A stretch of 64,000 nucleotides of DNA, from positions 98,642,001-98,706,000 of the forward strand of contig OX597820.1 in the NCBI GenBank assembly GCA_951406725.2, in the 5' to 3' direction. Both the position numbers and the translations under genes were made by a program. Under the pieces are notes generated by a model. That model worked only from the letters and a program-made list of their open reading frames with translations. It made no database searches and was not told the origin of the DNA. The DNA is from Octopus vulgaris. Its lineage: Eukaryota. Within the stretch, counting starts at the first letter, position 1. The number at the start of each line of letters is the position of its first letter. Positions 1 through 12,730 of this stretch are shown in pieces.

Positions 1-261
1 CCATGGGATTACACCTAGAAAGTTACCCTCCGAGGCACAAGTCCGGGCAAGCTTGTTTATGGAGGACTAGCAATCGCCCATGCATACCAAGATACAGCTT
101 GGTACCAGTAACGCTGCAAATAATTTCTACTGCTGAGCGAATTAGAGCAACGTGAAAATAAAGTGTCTTGCTCAAGAACACAACACACAGCCTGGTCTGG
201 GAATCGAACTTTCTACCGATTGTAAGCCCGACGCTCTAACCACTGAACCATGCGCATTCAC
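1..261 (-). mobile_element. tRNA-headed SINE (family C), 3' part cut by window edge
   Basis: Minus strand begins gcgcatggttcagtggttagagcg...gttcgattccc (Pol III A and B boxes) then tgtgttcttgagcaagacac; homologous copy at 33222-33535. Confidence 0.75.
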
Positions 262-733
262 ATGGAATAAATATTACCTCTAGATAAATATTGCCTCACG
301 ATATTAATACTGCCCCTGTCGCTAATATATATTTTTACAATAGTAAAGTTATTTTACAGCCCCAGGTCAGCTCTGTTCGAGCAGACTTAGGATCAAAGAC
401 ATTCTAATCTTAAACATCCTATTTTGTAATCTGCATATAATTGTCGTCTTTCAATAGCTATAACTCAGAATGATTTGTGGATATCATATTTCGCTCTTAA
501 CATGCTCCACTAATTATATTCTTTTCTTATGTATTAATTAATTATAGCGTGACAAAATTTAACAGAAATAAATAAATAAAAGTATTAAAAATAAATGAGC
601 AAGCAAGGAACAAAGTATTAATTAGCATTAACTCTTTGCTATAATCCGATAAAAATTATAATTGATCACAATTTGGTCCATAGCAAGTAGTAGTAGTAGT
701 AGTAGTAGTAGTTGTAGTAGTTGTAGTAGTAGT

Positions 734-774
<41 letters not shown>

Positions 775-831
775 TACTAGTAGTAGTAGGAGGAGGAGGA
801 GTTAAAGTAATTTTTGCAGGAAATATATACT

Positions 832-1231
832 CTTTTCTACTAAAGGCACAAGGCCTGGATTTTGGGGGGTGGGGGACAATCGATCTCATCGAACCCCAGT
901 ACTCAACTGGCACTTGATTTATAGATTCAAAGGATGAAAGGCAAAGTCGACCTCGGCGGAATTTGAACTCAGAACGTAAAGACGGGCGAAATACCTATTT
1001 CTTTACTACCCACAAGGGGCTAAAACACAGAGAGGACAAACAAGGACAGACAAACGGATTAAGTCGATTATATCGACCCCAGTGCGTAACTGGTACTTAT
1101 TTAATCGACCCCGAAAGGATGAAAGGCAAAGTCGACCTCGGTGGAATTTGAACTCAGAACGTAGCGGCAGACGAAATACCGCTAAGCATTTTGCTTGACG
1201 TGCTAACGTTTCTTCCAGCTCGCTGCCTTTT
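832..1231 (-). mobile_element. Dimeric tRNA-headed SINE (family A) with 15-bp target-site duplication
   Basis: Two tandem family-A bodies; caggaaatatatact repeated at 817-831 and 1232-1246. Confidence 0.85.
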
Positions 1232-1270
1232 CAGGAAATATATACTGTCTGAGCGAAGGAGTACCCGTTT

Positions 1271-1369
1271 TGTTACGAAGTCTGCATTGCATTAACATGC
1301 ACCCGATTCGATCCCACGCTGCTGTATATTAGAAAAATGCAGTGAATAGTAAGGCTTCGGTTCGTAACG
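1271..1369. mobile_element. 99-bp element with TGTTACGAA...TTCGTAACG ends and GTTT duplication (mini solo-LTR or Ginger-like MITE)
   Basis: 9-bp imperfect terminal inverted repeat; gttt at 1267-1270 and 1370-1373. Confidence 0.4.
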
Positions 1370-1384
1370 GTTTATTATATAATA

Positions 1385-1690
1385 CAAGTGTTGTAAAGTG
1401 TTGGTTAATTAGTGTAAGTGTAGTTTAGAGTTGGTTAATACTGATCTGTTATGTATGGCAAGTGTTATAATACGTTGGTTAATAGTTATCTATTCGTGTA
1501 AGTATGATTAAGTGTTGATTAGTAGTTATCTATAATAGTAAGTGTAGTAAAGTGTAATTTGTTTGTGTAAGTGTGGTTAAGCGTTGGTTAGTAGTTACCT
1601 ATAAAAGTAAGTGTAACGAAGTGTTTGTTCATAGCGATCTGTTATTGTAAGTATAGCTAAGTGTTGGTTCATATGATGTAAGTGTTATGA
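1385..1690. repeat. Degenerate minisatellite of roughly 40-45 bp (aagtgttggttaatagt... core)
   Basis: About seven diverged recurrences of aagtgttggtt...gtaagtgt. Confidence 0.55.
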
Positions 1691-1699
1691 AGTATGGGG

Positions 1700-2145
1700 T
1701 TTCTACTCGCATGGTTCTTGGTCTCAAGCATTTGTCTTATGAAGAAAGGCTGAAGACGCTCGACCTTTATTCTCTAGAAAAACGACGACGCCGTGGTGAT
1801 CTCACTCTTGCTCACAACATCATAAGCGGAAAGTGTAACCTTTCGAAAGAGCTGTTTTTCACTCCTGATCCAGAGCGTCGGCTGCGGGTTCACTCCGAAA
1901 AGCTCTATCTGCGACGATTTCGTCTCAGTCGAAGGAGAGGGGCTTTCTCCGACCGGGTTGCAGATCCGTGGAATAAGCTGCCGGACGAGATAGTGAAGAT
2001 GCCGACGACCGCTCGGTTCAAAATCTCCCTTGACCACAAATGACCTGAACTCTTTGCATGAACACCACCCTGTACATAACTCCATGTCCTCCTACATGGC
2101 CTTGCTTTTTGCTTTTTGAGCCAAGAAATTAACTTAACTTAACTT
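1700..2145 (+). mobile_element. 5'-truncated CR1-group LINE 3' end
   Basis: ORF 1687-2043 LSYEERLKTLDLYSLEKRRRRGDL...FSDRVADPWNKLP is the typical CR1/L2 ORF2 C-terminus; ends in an (AACTT)n tail at about 2129-2145. Confidence 0.85.
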
Positions 2146-2179
2146 ATTCCCTTACTACTGCTAGTATTACTCTCAGTTT

Positions 2180-2482
2180 TAAGACGGAGATCTGACAGTA
2201 TCGTTAGCATTCCAGACAAAATGCTTAATGGCATTTTGTCCGACTTTACGTTCTGAGTTCAAATTCCATCGAAGCTAGCTTTGCCTTTCATCCTTTCGGG
2301 GTCGGAAAAATAAGTAACAAGTTGAGCAACGGTGAGCTGACAGAATCCTTAACACTCCAGATAAAATGTTTAGCGGCATTTTGTCCGGCTTTACGTTCTG
2401 AGTTCAAATTCCGCCCAGGTCAACTTTGCCTTTCATCCTCTCTCGGTCGATAAAATAAGTACCAATTGAGCACTGGGGTCGA
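2180..2482 (+). mobile_element. Two tandem diverged family-A SINE copies
   Basis: Repeated ttacgttctgagttcaaattcc...tttgcctttcatcct motif. Confidence 0.7.
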
Positions 2483-2991
2483 GATAACCAATATTAATGT
2501 CACTGTTTTTGAAAAATAAACCAAAGAACTTTCCGTTTAAGTGCACGCTTAAATATCTGTGATATCAGGTCACAGTTATGTCTCATTAGGAACACGGCGT
2601 GGAGATTCTACATAACAGACCCCATACAGCAGCTCATTCTTTCTTTATTATTTTCTTTTATTCCGTCTTTCCTTCTTCCGTTCTTCCTTTCCTTCTTTCT
2701 TTAACTTCTTTACACTTATTTCTTCAAATTCAATGTTTTCCATGTTCACTATGGCTTTCATTAATTTTATTTAGTTCTGCATGTTTGCAGTCTGTCACTC
2801 TGTCAGTCTCTCCCCATCTTTCTTACTCTCTCGCCCTCCCTCATATGCACACACAGGTATATATGTGTGTATGTGCGTGTATGTATGTATGTATGTATGT
2901 ATGTATGTATGTATGTATGTATGTATGTGTATCTACATGTATACATGTCTATATATGTATGTATGTATACATGTCTATATATGTATATATG

Positions 2992-3024
<33 letters not shown>

Positions 3025-3307
3025 GGATATATATATATAAACACACATATATGTATAAATATATACCCTTTCCTTCTTGTTCATATTTATATTCTCCCAT
3101 TTACCCTAATATCATTATCCTACCCTCTTCCCACACCACATAAGTGCGCATGTGCCTCAGCACATCTACGCGTGTGTGTTTGTGAGAAGTATCAGTGTAT
3201 GCGTGTGCGCATTCATATATACCTATATGTATACATATATATTTGTGTGTGTGTAGGTATGCATAAATGCACACATATTTATAGGTAGATATATGCATGC
3301 ATGTGTG

Positions 3308-3353
<46 letters not shown>

Positions 3354-3605
3354 GTATATAGTATGTACGTAAGCACGCATGTATGTATGTATGTATGCAT
3401 GCATGCATGTATGTATGTCATATCCGGCTTATATACTTGTATGATATGTTTGACCCAGTATGGTTATATTTCGCTTCCAGTTGGGAACTGTTTCAAGGTC
3501 TTTAAACGGGACGCCGTCCTAATATCCGGTGCCCCAGATAATAATGAAGAGGGACGTGAAAGAAAAAGCGAAGAAAGCTGATGCTTTCAAGACTATAAAA
3601 TAAAC

Positions 3606-3732
<127 letters not shown>

Positions 3733-3959
3733 TAGTGGCAGACAGCCGTGTGGTTAAAAAGTTTGCAATTCGCAACCACGTAACCACGTGGTTTCGGTTT
3801 CGAATTCGCAGTTCAGGATGCTGGGCCAGTATCCGTTTTTTTTTTCTGCCATAGCCTTCTTCGGTCGAAATTGTATGGACAGGAAATGTCCGGAAAATCG
3901 TCTGATAACTATACAATTTTTGTTATTTTTTATTACACTTAGTATATACTTCTAAGTTT

Positions 3960-4077
3960 GCTTACGGTTAAATCACGCTGAATGCGGCGGTTCTCTCCAA
4001 GCATCGAAGCTAAGCAACGTCGCGCCTAGTTAGTATTTAGATGGGTGGCCACTTGCGAAACCTAGGAGTTGTAGGCA
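3960..4077 (+). pseudogene. 5S rRNA pseudogene (full length, diverged)
   Basis: 118 nt gcttacgg...atcacgctgaatgc...gaagctaagcaacgtcg...gttagta..tagatgggtg...gttgtaggca is collinear with metazoan 5S rRNA including boxes A and C; many substitutions; TTTT at 4084-4087. Confidence 0.85.
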
Positions 4078-4088
4078 GCAGTCTTTTA

Positions 4089-4302
4089 AAGGCGGCGAAC
4101 TTGGAGAATCGTTAGTATGCCGGACGAAATGCTTAGCAGCATTTCGTCCCACTTCACGTTCAGGGTTCAAATTCAGCCGAGGACAGTTTTGTCGTTCATC
4201 CTTTTGGGTTCAATAAACTCAGTACCAGTTGTGTACTGAGGTCGATGGAATGGACTTACCTCCTCTCCTGAAATTGTTGGCCTTGTGCCAAAATTTGAAA
4301 TC
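4089..4302 (+). mobile_element. Family-A SINE (diverged, tail type ggccttgtgccaaaatttgaaa)
   Basis: Head aaggcggcgaacttggagaatcgttag; B box gggttcaaattc. Confidence 0.75.
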
Positions 4303-5022
4303 AGTGTAGTTTTCCGCCTGACCTAGTCCCTGGGTGTCTTTCTTATAGTGACATACGTTTAGTGGTGATGTGCCAGTGTGGATACTGTCAAGTGTGAATT
4401 TTTGCACTGGTGGTGGTGGTGGTGGTGGTGGTGGTAGTAGTAGTAGTTCTTTCTTTTTCTGTTTCTCGACCCATAGGAGACATAAGGCCGGTTACCCTGT
4501 ATAAATGACTGAAATCACAACATTCTCCCTGGACGGGGCGCCGACCTGTTGCAGGATTCAATGCCAACAGTTCTTGAGTAGAGAAAACATCGGACTCAGT
4601 ACTTGACTGGTACTTCAATTTATCTACTCTGAAAGGATGAAAAGCAAAGTTGTCCTTGGCAGAACGTAATGAACTGCTAACCATTTTGTTCGACTTACTA
4701 CTAACAAGCCTACTCGCTCGCCGCCTCGGTGGCGGTGTTACAAGTGGTACTTTTCGTCAGTGAATTCACTTGATAATCAGTCCTTAGAGCGAATCCAATT
4801 TAATCACTTGACTGAGGATACTTGGCCAAAGTTTAACTTCTTTAGGTCTTTTATTTTCTGTTTCTTTTGCGATTTAGTCAAGCGGTAAAGTACGAGGCTA
4901 TGCATTAGATTATGGGTGTTTAAATTGGCACAGTTAATGTCTAGTTTTGAATATCCGTAAGTCGATGTTTACATGAAAGGAAAAACAGGTGGAAAAGAAT
5001 TCCTGGCCACTCCCATTCTAAA

Positions 5023-5168
5023 TAGGTTTGGGCAACCTATTCTGAGAAGTTGGCCGCATGAGATATACCTCACTAGGCGGGCCGCACTACTAAAACACAA
5101 TTCACTGTAATTTTTCGTTTAGGTGCGCCATTTAGAAACTCATGTGGACCGCAGTTTGCCCTACACTG
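5023..5168. mobile_element. Degenerate hAT/Charlie-like MITE
   Basis: Imperfect ends taggtttgggcaac / gtttgccctacactg and internal ggccgca motifs. Confidence 0.35.
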
Positions 5169-5607
5169 TACTAGAGCATCGTTTACTAAACATTTTACTC
5201 TTGGAGACCCTTCCAGTACAAACTATGACTAATAAAACATATTATATATTTATAGATCCCATTGGTCTTGTGTAGCCTGCTTTCGGGTTCACTTGGTAAA
5301 CCCAAATCCTCGTTATTAATAACACACTACAGGCATGTAAACTCGAGAATAAACAGTGGATGAACAGCGGTATTTATAAATTTCATTGTAAGACTGAAAC
5401 TTGCAAATTTAAGAATATTAGCTGTTATATTGGACAGATGGCGGTGTTAAACCGAGCAACTGGTGCGTCTACCAGCCAAAAATATTGGGAGATATCTTAC
5501 ACATTATTGAAAGGGCTATATTTTAAATGTCTACGGGAAAGCTGTTATAGTCATTTTATTTCAAGTACACGTAAAAGAGCTCAAATAAGGTGACGAGCAG
5601 GCAGAAT

Positions 5608-5790
5608 CTTAGCATACCAGGCAAATGCTTAGTGGCACTTCGCCTGTCTTTACGTTCAAACTCCGCCGTGGTCGACTTTGCTTTTCATCATTTCGGGTTT
5701 GATAAAATAAGTAGCAGTTGGGTACTGGGATCGATGTTATTGACTTATCCACTCACCTGAAACTTCTGACCTCATGCCAAAAATTTAAAA
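5608..5790 (+). mobile_element. Family-A SINE (diverged)
   Basis: ggtgacgagcaggcagaatcttagc...gtcgactttgcttttcatc. Confidence 0.7.
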
Positions 5791-6430
5791 TCAATATTAA
5801 AATTTGAAATCGGAATAAAATTAAAGTTCCGGAGCAGATGGGGATTAAATTTAGTGAAAGGGCAGAATATATTAGAGTACAAGAGAGAATTACTTGTGCT
5901 ATTTCTTCTCGGTCTCTGTACTCTGAATTCGAATCTTGAAGATTCAAGTTTGCTTTTTATCCTTTTGATACCGACAGAAAAAAAACAATTTAGTCCTGCA
6001 GATTAGTGAAGAGTGAGAGATAAGGCAAAATGCATGTCACTTCTCTTTGCGTTTTGACACTAACGCCTGAGGATTTTCCCTCCGATTGATGTCGGTGGCG
6101 TAGCTTGCATGTATAAACAACCGCTAGTCTTCCTCAAAAGAGCATCTTGCTCAGGCTGGTACCTAGATGTGCAAATTCATAGTCAACCTTGACCGATGGA
6201 AGGCTTACATGAGATGGGTAAATATTGTAAATCAATAGATATCAGAGAATTTTAACACATGTTATCAAAAAGCGACAGCTCAAAGCAATAAGTAGATTAA
6301 ATACAATTCATGTAAATACATATGTGTGTATATGCGGATGTATATGTCTGTATGAACATTTAAAATGATGGAAAGAGAAATTTTCTATATAAATTTTAAT
6401 ATACATAGGCAATATATATACGTGTGTAGG

Positions 6431-6469
<39 letters not shown>

Positions 6470-6713
6470 ATAAAATACATATATATGTATGTATGTATGA
6501 GGGAAGGCGGAGGGCTAAATAGAGTGTCGGCAAAAAGGCTTTGCGGTATTTCATCAGGTTATTCGGTTAGTCTGAGTCCAAATGCCACAGGGGTCAATTT
6601 TTCCTGTCATCTCTCTGGGGCTGATAAAATATAGTATCAGTGAAGTGATAGGGTCGATTTGATTGACCAACCCCTACAAATTACTGACCTTGGGCCTAAA
6701 TTTGAAGCCATAC

Positions 6714-6767
<54 letters not shown>

Positions 6768-6801
6768 TTGTATGTATATATATATATACATGTATATACA
6801 G

Positions 6802-6845
<44 letters not shown>

Positions 6846-7390
6846 TAATATATGTATATATGTGTGTGTATATATATATATACACATATATACACATACA
6901 TGTATATATATATACACATATATACACACACATGTATATATATATATATATATATCTACATACACATATATATACATACACATATATATATGCATACACA
7001 TATATATATTCATACACATATATATATACATACATAAACACACGCACGCACACAGATATATGGTATTATGTGCGTATGTCGAGACAGAGATGTCTTTGTG
7101 TATGAAGGAGCAGATTCAAAGACTAACGTGCTGACAGAAATACAACGCCATATGTTACGATAATTTTGAATTATATAATCTATTCATAATAGGAGCTATC
7201 AAAAGGTGCACACATGTATATTTATATTGGTCTGGGGTTGTTAGTGTGCGGATATGAGGAATATGTATATATGAATATATATTTATATATAAATAGACAC
7301 ACACATACAGATGTCTGCGTCTATGTATGTATATATTTATATACACATGCACACACACACACATATATATATATATATCATACACACACA

Positions 7391-7436
<46 letters not shown>

Positions 7437-7547
7437 GTATACATATATATACATATAAATACATATATATACGTATATAATAACCGCACATGAAGACATA
7501 CATACAAATGTAAATATAAATATGTGAACCTACTGATCCCTTTTATA

Positions 7548-7578
<31 letters not shown>

Positions 7579-7580
7579 AC

Positions 7581-7628
<48 letters not shown>

Positions 7629-7704
7629 GCAGAAACATGTACATCGGGGACCCTGCCGCAGAAACACGAAACAGGTCAGAAACCAACTACCAAAAGGAAA
7701 AGGG

Positions 7705-7968
7705 ATGGACCACGCACCACCTGCCCCAAAACGGAGGTACGCAGATGTGGTGCGTGCTACAAACCGCCAACATGTTTGTGAAAGGGCAGCTGCTGAACAA
7801 GAATCTTTTTTGTGCATGGCACAAAAGATTGTACAGCAGCTAACCTGGCTTCATCAAACTCAAACTCGCAGATGGAACTATCCGCAATACACAAGACCAC
7901 CACATCAAATAGACCCAAGGTGGACACCGCCGGCAACAGCATACACCTCACCTCGATGCTCCTACTGA
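7705..7968 (+). pseudogene. Probable C-terminal remnant of LINE ORF1, overlapping ORF2
   Basis: Lies immediately upstream of and overlapping ORF2; P/Q-rich tail after an SFL motif. No domain recognised. Confidence 0.45.
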
Positions 7969-10933
7969 ACATCAGAGGACTGCTAACACTCAGTAACAGG
8001 ACAAAAAGCCCGTTCTTGAGAGACTCTGTTGCATACAATCAAGCCTTATGCATAGCACTTACGGAAACACACCTGAAACCGGACATAGCAGATGCGGAAA
8101 TACACATACCACAGTATGTTGTACTACGGACCGACAGAAAAGAAAGGAGTCATGGAGGAGTTGCTATACACATCCGTGAGGACCTCACACCCCAGGTCCT
8201 TTTGTCATACTCAAATTCGGTGTGTGACACACTAATTGTACATATAAGGCAACTTGGTGTAGTTACATGTGCTACATATCGCCCTCCAGATGCCCCAAGC
8301 CATGTAGGCAAGTTTGAAGACTGCCTTATAAAAATAGAAGTTCTAGTCACATTAGAACAACACATAAGTGTACTTCTTATGGGAGACTTCAATCTACCCA
8401 ATGTCAGATGGCCCGAGGACCTTTCTCTCCCAGGAATGACACGATGTGAACAAGGACAGGCGAGGTCTGTCATGGAGCAAGTAATACTCCAACCAACCAG
8501 GGCAGGTAACATACTGGATCTCTGCTTCACAAATAATATGAATCTTATCCATAATGTGAAAGTGATACCGACACTACTCTCGGATCACAACATGGTAGAG
8601 CTGACCATGTACGGGCCAAAGGAAAGCATGGACATGCAGCCTACAAGAAACTCTCTGAATCTTTCCAGCTTGAACTTCCATAAGGCAAACTGGAAACAAA
8701 TTGAGAAAGAGATCCTCAAACAAAACTGGCCTGAATGTCTATCCTCACCAGACATCGACATGAAACTTCAACAATTCATGTCTGTAATGCAAGCGATATG
8801 CTACAAATGTGTCCCAGAGAGAAAGGCCACTGTATACAAGAGCAAAATCCCCAGAGAGAGGAAAATTCTAATGAGACGGCGTACAAAAGTTTCAAATCGC
8901 CTAAACAAACAAATTGAAAGCAGTGAAAAGTCCCGCCTGAAAATAAAACTGTTGGAAATTGAAAAATGTCTGCAACTCTCCCATGAAAAAGAAAGAGCAG
9001 ACAAAGAAGCCCGGGCTATAGACAACATAAAATCTAACCCCAGAGCTTTCTACAGGTATGCCAAAGAAACAGCTACGGTGCACTGTAGGATAGGGCCACT
9101 CCTTGAAAAGGATGGCACACTCACAGGAAATCCAATGAAGGTAAGTGAAATATTAAATGAGCAATTCAAGAGTATTTTCACGCCACCCCTAGGGCATTTT
9201 CAAGTCAGCAATCCAACTGACCTCTTTACCACTGCAGATATAAAATCGGAGGTAGCAATGATTGCTTACATCAATATAAAGGAAGACGATGTAATAAAGG
9301 CTATTGATGAAATGAAAACAAACTCAGCTACTGGCCCAGATGGATTCCCAGCAATCCTTCTAAAAGTATGTAAGAGAGTCCTAGCAAGACCACTGCAGTT
9401 CCTCTTTCAGAGCTTCCTTGCAACTGACAAACTTCCAAGAAAACTGAAGGAAGGTAAAATATGCCCTATTCATAAAGGAGGTAGCAGAGCGGAGGCCAAG
9501 AACTACAGACCTATCTCTCTGACCTCACACATCAGCAAGGTCATGGAAAGAATAGTCAGAAGGAAACTAATCACCTTCCTTGAAGGAAATGACTTGCTGC
9601 CTGACACTCAACATGGTTTCCGACCAGGAAGAAGTTGCTTAACTCAGCTCCTACAACACTATGACTGGGTGCTGAAACGACTGCTCAACCACTCAAATGT
9701 GGAAGTCATATATCTCGACTTTGCAAAGGCCTTTGATAAAGTCGATCATGGAATGCTATGTCACAAACTGCGTGATCTTGGCATAGTTGGAAAATTGGGA
9801 GAGTGGCTTCATGACTTTCTGAAGGGTAGAAGTCAGGTGGTAGTAGCCACTAACACGCAAATAGTGAGCGGTGTTCCGCAGGGCACTATTTTGGGACCAC
9901 TACTGTTCATAATGGCCCCCTCAGCCACGCAGAGAGCCACGATCACAAGTTATGCAGATGATACAAAAGTTTCACAGGCAATACAGAACCCTGAAGACAC
10001 TAAGCACCTGCAATGTGAGCTGGACAAAATATACAAGTGGGCTGAAAAGAATAGCATGCAGTTCAATGCTGAAAAGTTTGAAGCTCTATGCTATCAGCAC
10101 GCAAAACTAAATGCAATACCCAATAAATACACTGGACCTGGAGGGACTGCAATCCCAAAGGCACAATCAGTGCGAGACCTGGGTATTTACATGAGTGATG
10201 ATGCAACCTTTCATGTGCATGTTGCTAAATTGGCAATGAAATGTAGACGGCTGACGGATGGATTCTTAGAACCTTCAGAACAAGAGACCAGGAAATGATG
10301 GTCCTCTGGAGGACACTTGTCCTAAGCCGCTTTGACTATTGCTCTCAGCTATGGTCACCATCCAGTGTCAAGTTAATCACAGAACTTGAGGCGATCCAAC
10401 GAAGCTACACGAAGAAGATAGCCTTTGTGCAGCATATAAGCTATTGGGAAAGACTCAAGAGATTGAGACTCTATTCCTTAGAGCGTAGGCGAGAAAGATA
10501 TGCCATAATATACATCTGGAAGATCCTAGAAGGACTTGTCCCAAACTTTGGCATCGAGAGTTACACAAATGCCAGAACTTAGCGCCACTGCATAGTGCCA
10601 AGGACTCCAAATTTGCCATCAAGATGTAGGACAAGATACTGTGATAGCCTGGGCTTCCGAGGCCCACAGCTCTTCTATATCCTCCCGAAGAACCTAAGAG
10701 ACCTGCATGGGGTGGATGCAGATGTCTTTAAAATGAAACTGGATCTCTTCTTGTCAGGTATCCCAGATGAACCAACTTCACGGCAGGAGGTGCAGATGAG
10801 GGCAGCTGCATCGAACTCTCTCATGCACCAAATGGCAATTGCTAAAAACATTCGTGAAGTAAAATCATGTAGCAACACCAAATGGCGGTGCCCCAGCATG
10901 GCCACAGCTAGTGAGCTGAAACTAGATAAATAG
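7812..10933 (+). pseudogene. LINE ORF2: APE endonuclease + reverse transcriptase, disrupted
   Basis: APE motifs LLNIRGL, LTETHL, GDFNLP, LDLCF, SDH; RT motifs YRPISLTS, QHGFRPGRSC, YLDFAKAFDKV, GVPQGTILGP, YADD. 1-bp frameshift near 10255 (LT/GWILRTF) and in-frame TAG at 10580-10582. Confidence 0.95.
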
Positions 10934-10941
10934 ATAAATAA

Positions 10942-11028
<87 letters not shown>

Positions 11029-11071
11029 TATACATATATATATGTATGTATGTATGTATGCATACATGTAT

Positions 11072-11292
11072 TTATGTGTGTGTGCCTGGGTTTATGCCCA
11101 CACCATCACTTGATGACCTGATGGATGTGTTTAGGTGCCTGTAACTTAGCGGTTCGGCAAAAGAGACTAATAGCATAAGTACTACGCTTACAAAGAATAA
11201 GTTCTGGGGTCGATTTGTTCAACTAAAACGAAACCTTTAAGGCGGTGCTTCTGCATAGCTACAGTCAAATGACTGAAACAAATAAAAGAAAA
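11072..11292 (+). mobile_element. Family-B SINE 3' half
   Basis: gtaacttagcggttcggcaaaagagac...cagtcaaatgactgaaaca. Confidence 0.75.
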
Positions 11293-11360
11293 AAAAAGAA
11301 TATATATATATATATATATATGCATTGTCATGTATGAGTATGTACACACACACACACACA

Positions 11361-11403
<43 letters not shown>

Positions 11404-12121
11404 GTATGAACAAGTATATTCATACCGGCATGTTATGTATGTGTCTACGTGTGTATATGTGTGTATGGGCGTGTGAATGCATGTGTGTATGTACGCGCGT
11501 GCGTGTGTGTGCGCGCGTGCGTGTGTGTGCATGCGTGCGTGTGTATGTATGTGTGTGCGTGTGTGCGTATATGTGAGTGTGTAATGAATTTCTAATTTAG
11601 ACCGAAAATCAACAATCAGAAAATGGAAATAATGCTCTAAAATAGAAAACGTGAAAAGGTGAGGAAATGACTATGATGTTGATAATAATTGAAAAGTAAA
11701 CCTGCATTAGAAATTAAAGAGTTAAATTATATCGCGCTCTGTTTGTAAAGTACACAATATTCGATAGAACAATATTGCTGGGTACCAGATATTAGCTTGA
11801 TTTTATTTAGGTAAGTCTTTGGAACTTTCCACTTAAAACTTACCAAAACGTTTAATCTGAAGCACTAAAGAATAAGGATCATTAATTTCTCATAATATTC
11901 TTTTGGGAGATAGTGGATCTCGAAGTGCATAAAGCTATAAATAAAGCATGCAAAAAATGGGATGAAACACCCTTTTGGGTAGAGAAAGTAAGAGGCTGCC
12001 CGTGTTAGAGAAACTATTATTTTTATAAGAGATGTGTATTCGTGTCCTATGGATAGATGTCGACTTTTTCTGTCCAGAAGAGTTTTTCAAACCCATATTA
12101 ACATATTATTCAAAGATTTTA

Positions 12122-12300
12122 AAGTGGTGAGCTGGTAGTTCGCCGGGCGAAATACTTAGCGGTATTTCGTCTGTCGCTACGTTCTGAGTTCAAATTTCAC
12201 CGAGGTCGACCTTGCCATTTATCCTGTTGGGGTCGATAAATTAAGTAATCGATTAGTCCCCTCCCCAAGACTTCAGGCCTTGTACCTATAGTAGAAAGGG
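12122..12300 (+). mobile_element. Family-A SINE
   Basis: ggtgagctgg...cgttctgagttcaaatttcaccgaggtcgacc...ggccttgtacctatagtagaaagg. Confidence 0.75.
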
Positions 12301-12730
12301 TTATTATTCATAGCCTTATGTGCTTCGAAATTCGCTCCTCCGGAAAACTATTATTTCGTGTTCTCAGTAAAGTTTATACAATTTTTATCATGTCTCATAT
12401 TTTCATTGCTATTTTACTTTCTTTTCTATTGTACATTTGTAAGGTATTTTTCTACGCCGATGGTAGAGTATGTACACTACACAGATCTTAATTTTAAACT
12501 TTATTAGCTCTTCCTCATTTACCTCCTTAATAATATAAAAGCAAAGTTTAATTACAGATTTCGTATTCGTAGTTGACGACGCGAGGAAGCGCAGAAATGC
12601 ATGCGTACATACATAAATATACATTTTAAATACACACACACACACACGCATATATATATATATTTATATATATATATATAATGTTAATAAAAATATATAC
12701 TCATAGTAATTAACATATATATATACATAT

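Larger units (their letters stand above)
7627..10941 (+). mobile_element. Near full-length CR1-group LINE inserted in (TA)n
   Basis: GC-richer block between (TA)n tracts containing an ORF1 tail, APE+RT ORF2 and a short (AGATAAAT)n 3' tail. Confidence 0.93.

Noticed and set aside
2599-3581. Long ORFs rich in Y/I/C/V/M/H/T (also 6.6-7.6, 16.2, 25, 40.7, 44.4, 59.5, 63.4 kb)
   Set aside because: Translations of (TA)n, (TG)n and (TATG)n microsatellites, which lack stop codons.
8150-9083. Antisense ORFs inside the LINE
   Set aside because: Shadow frames of ORF2.
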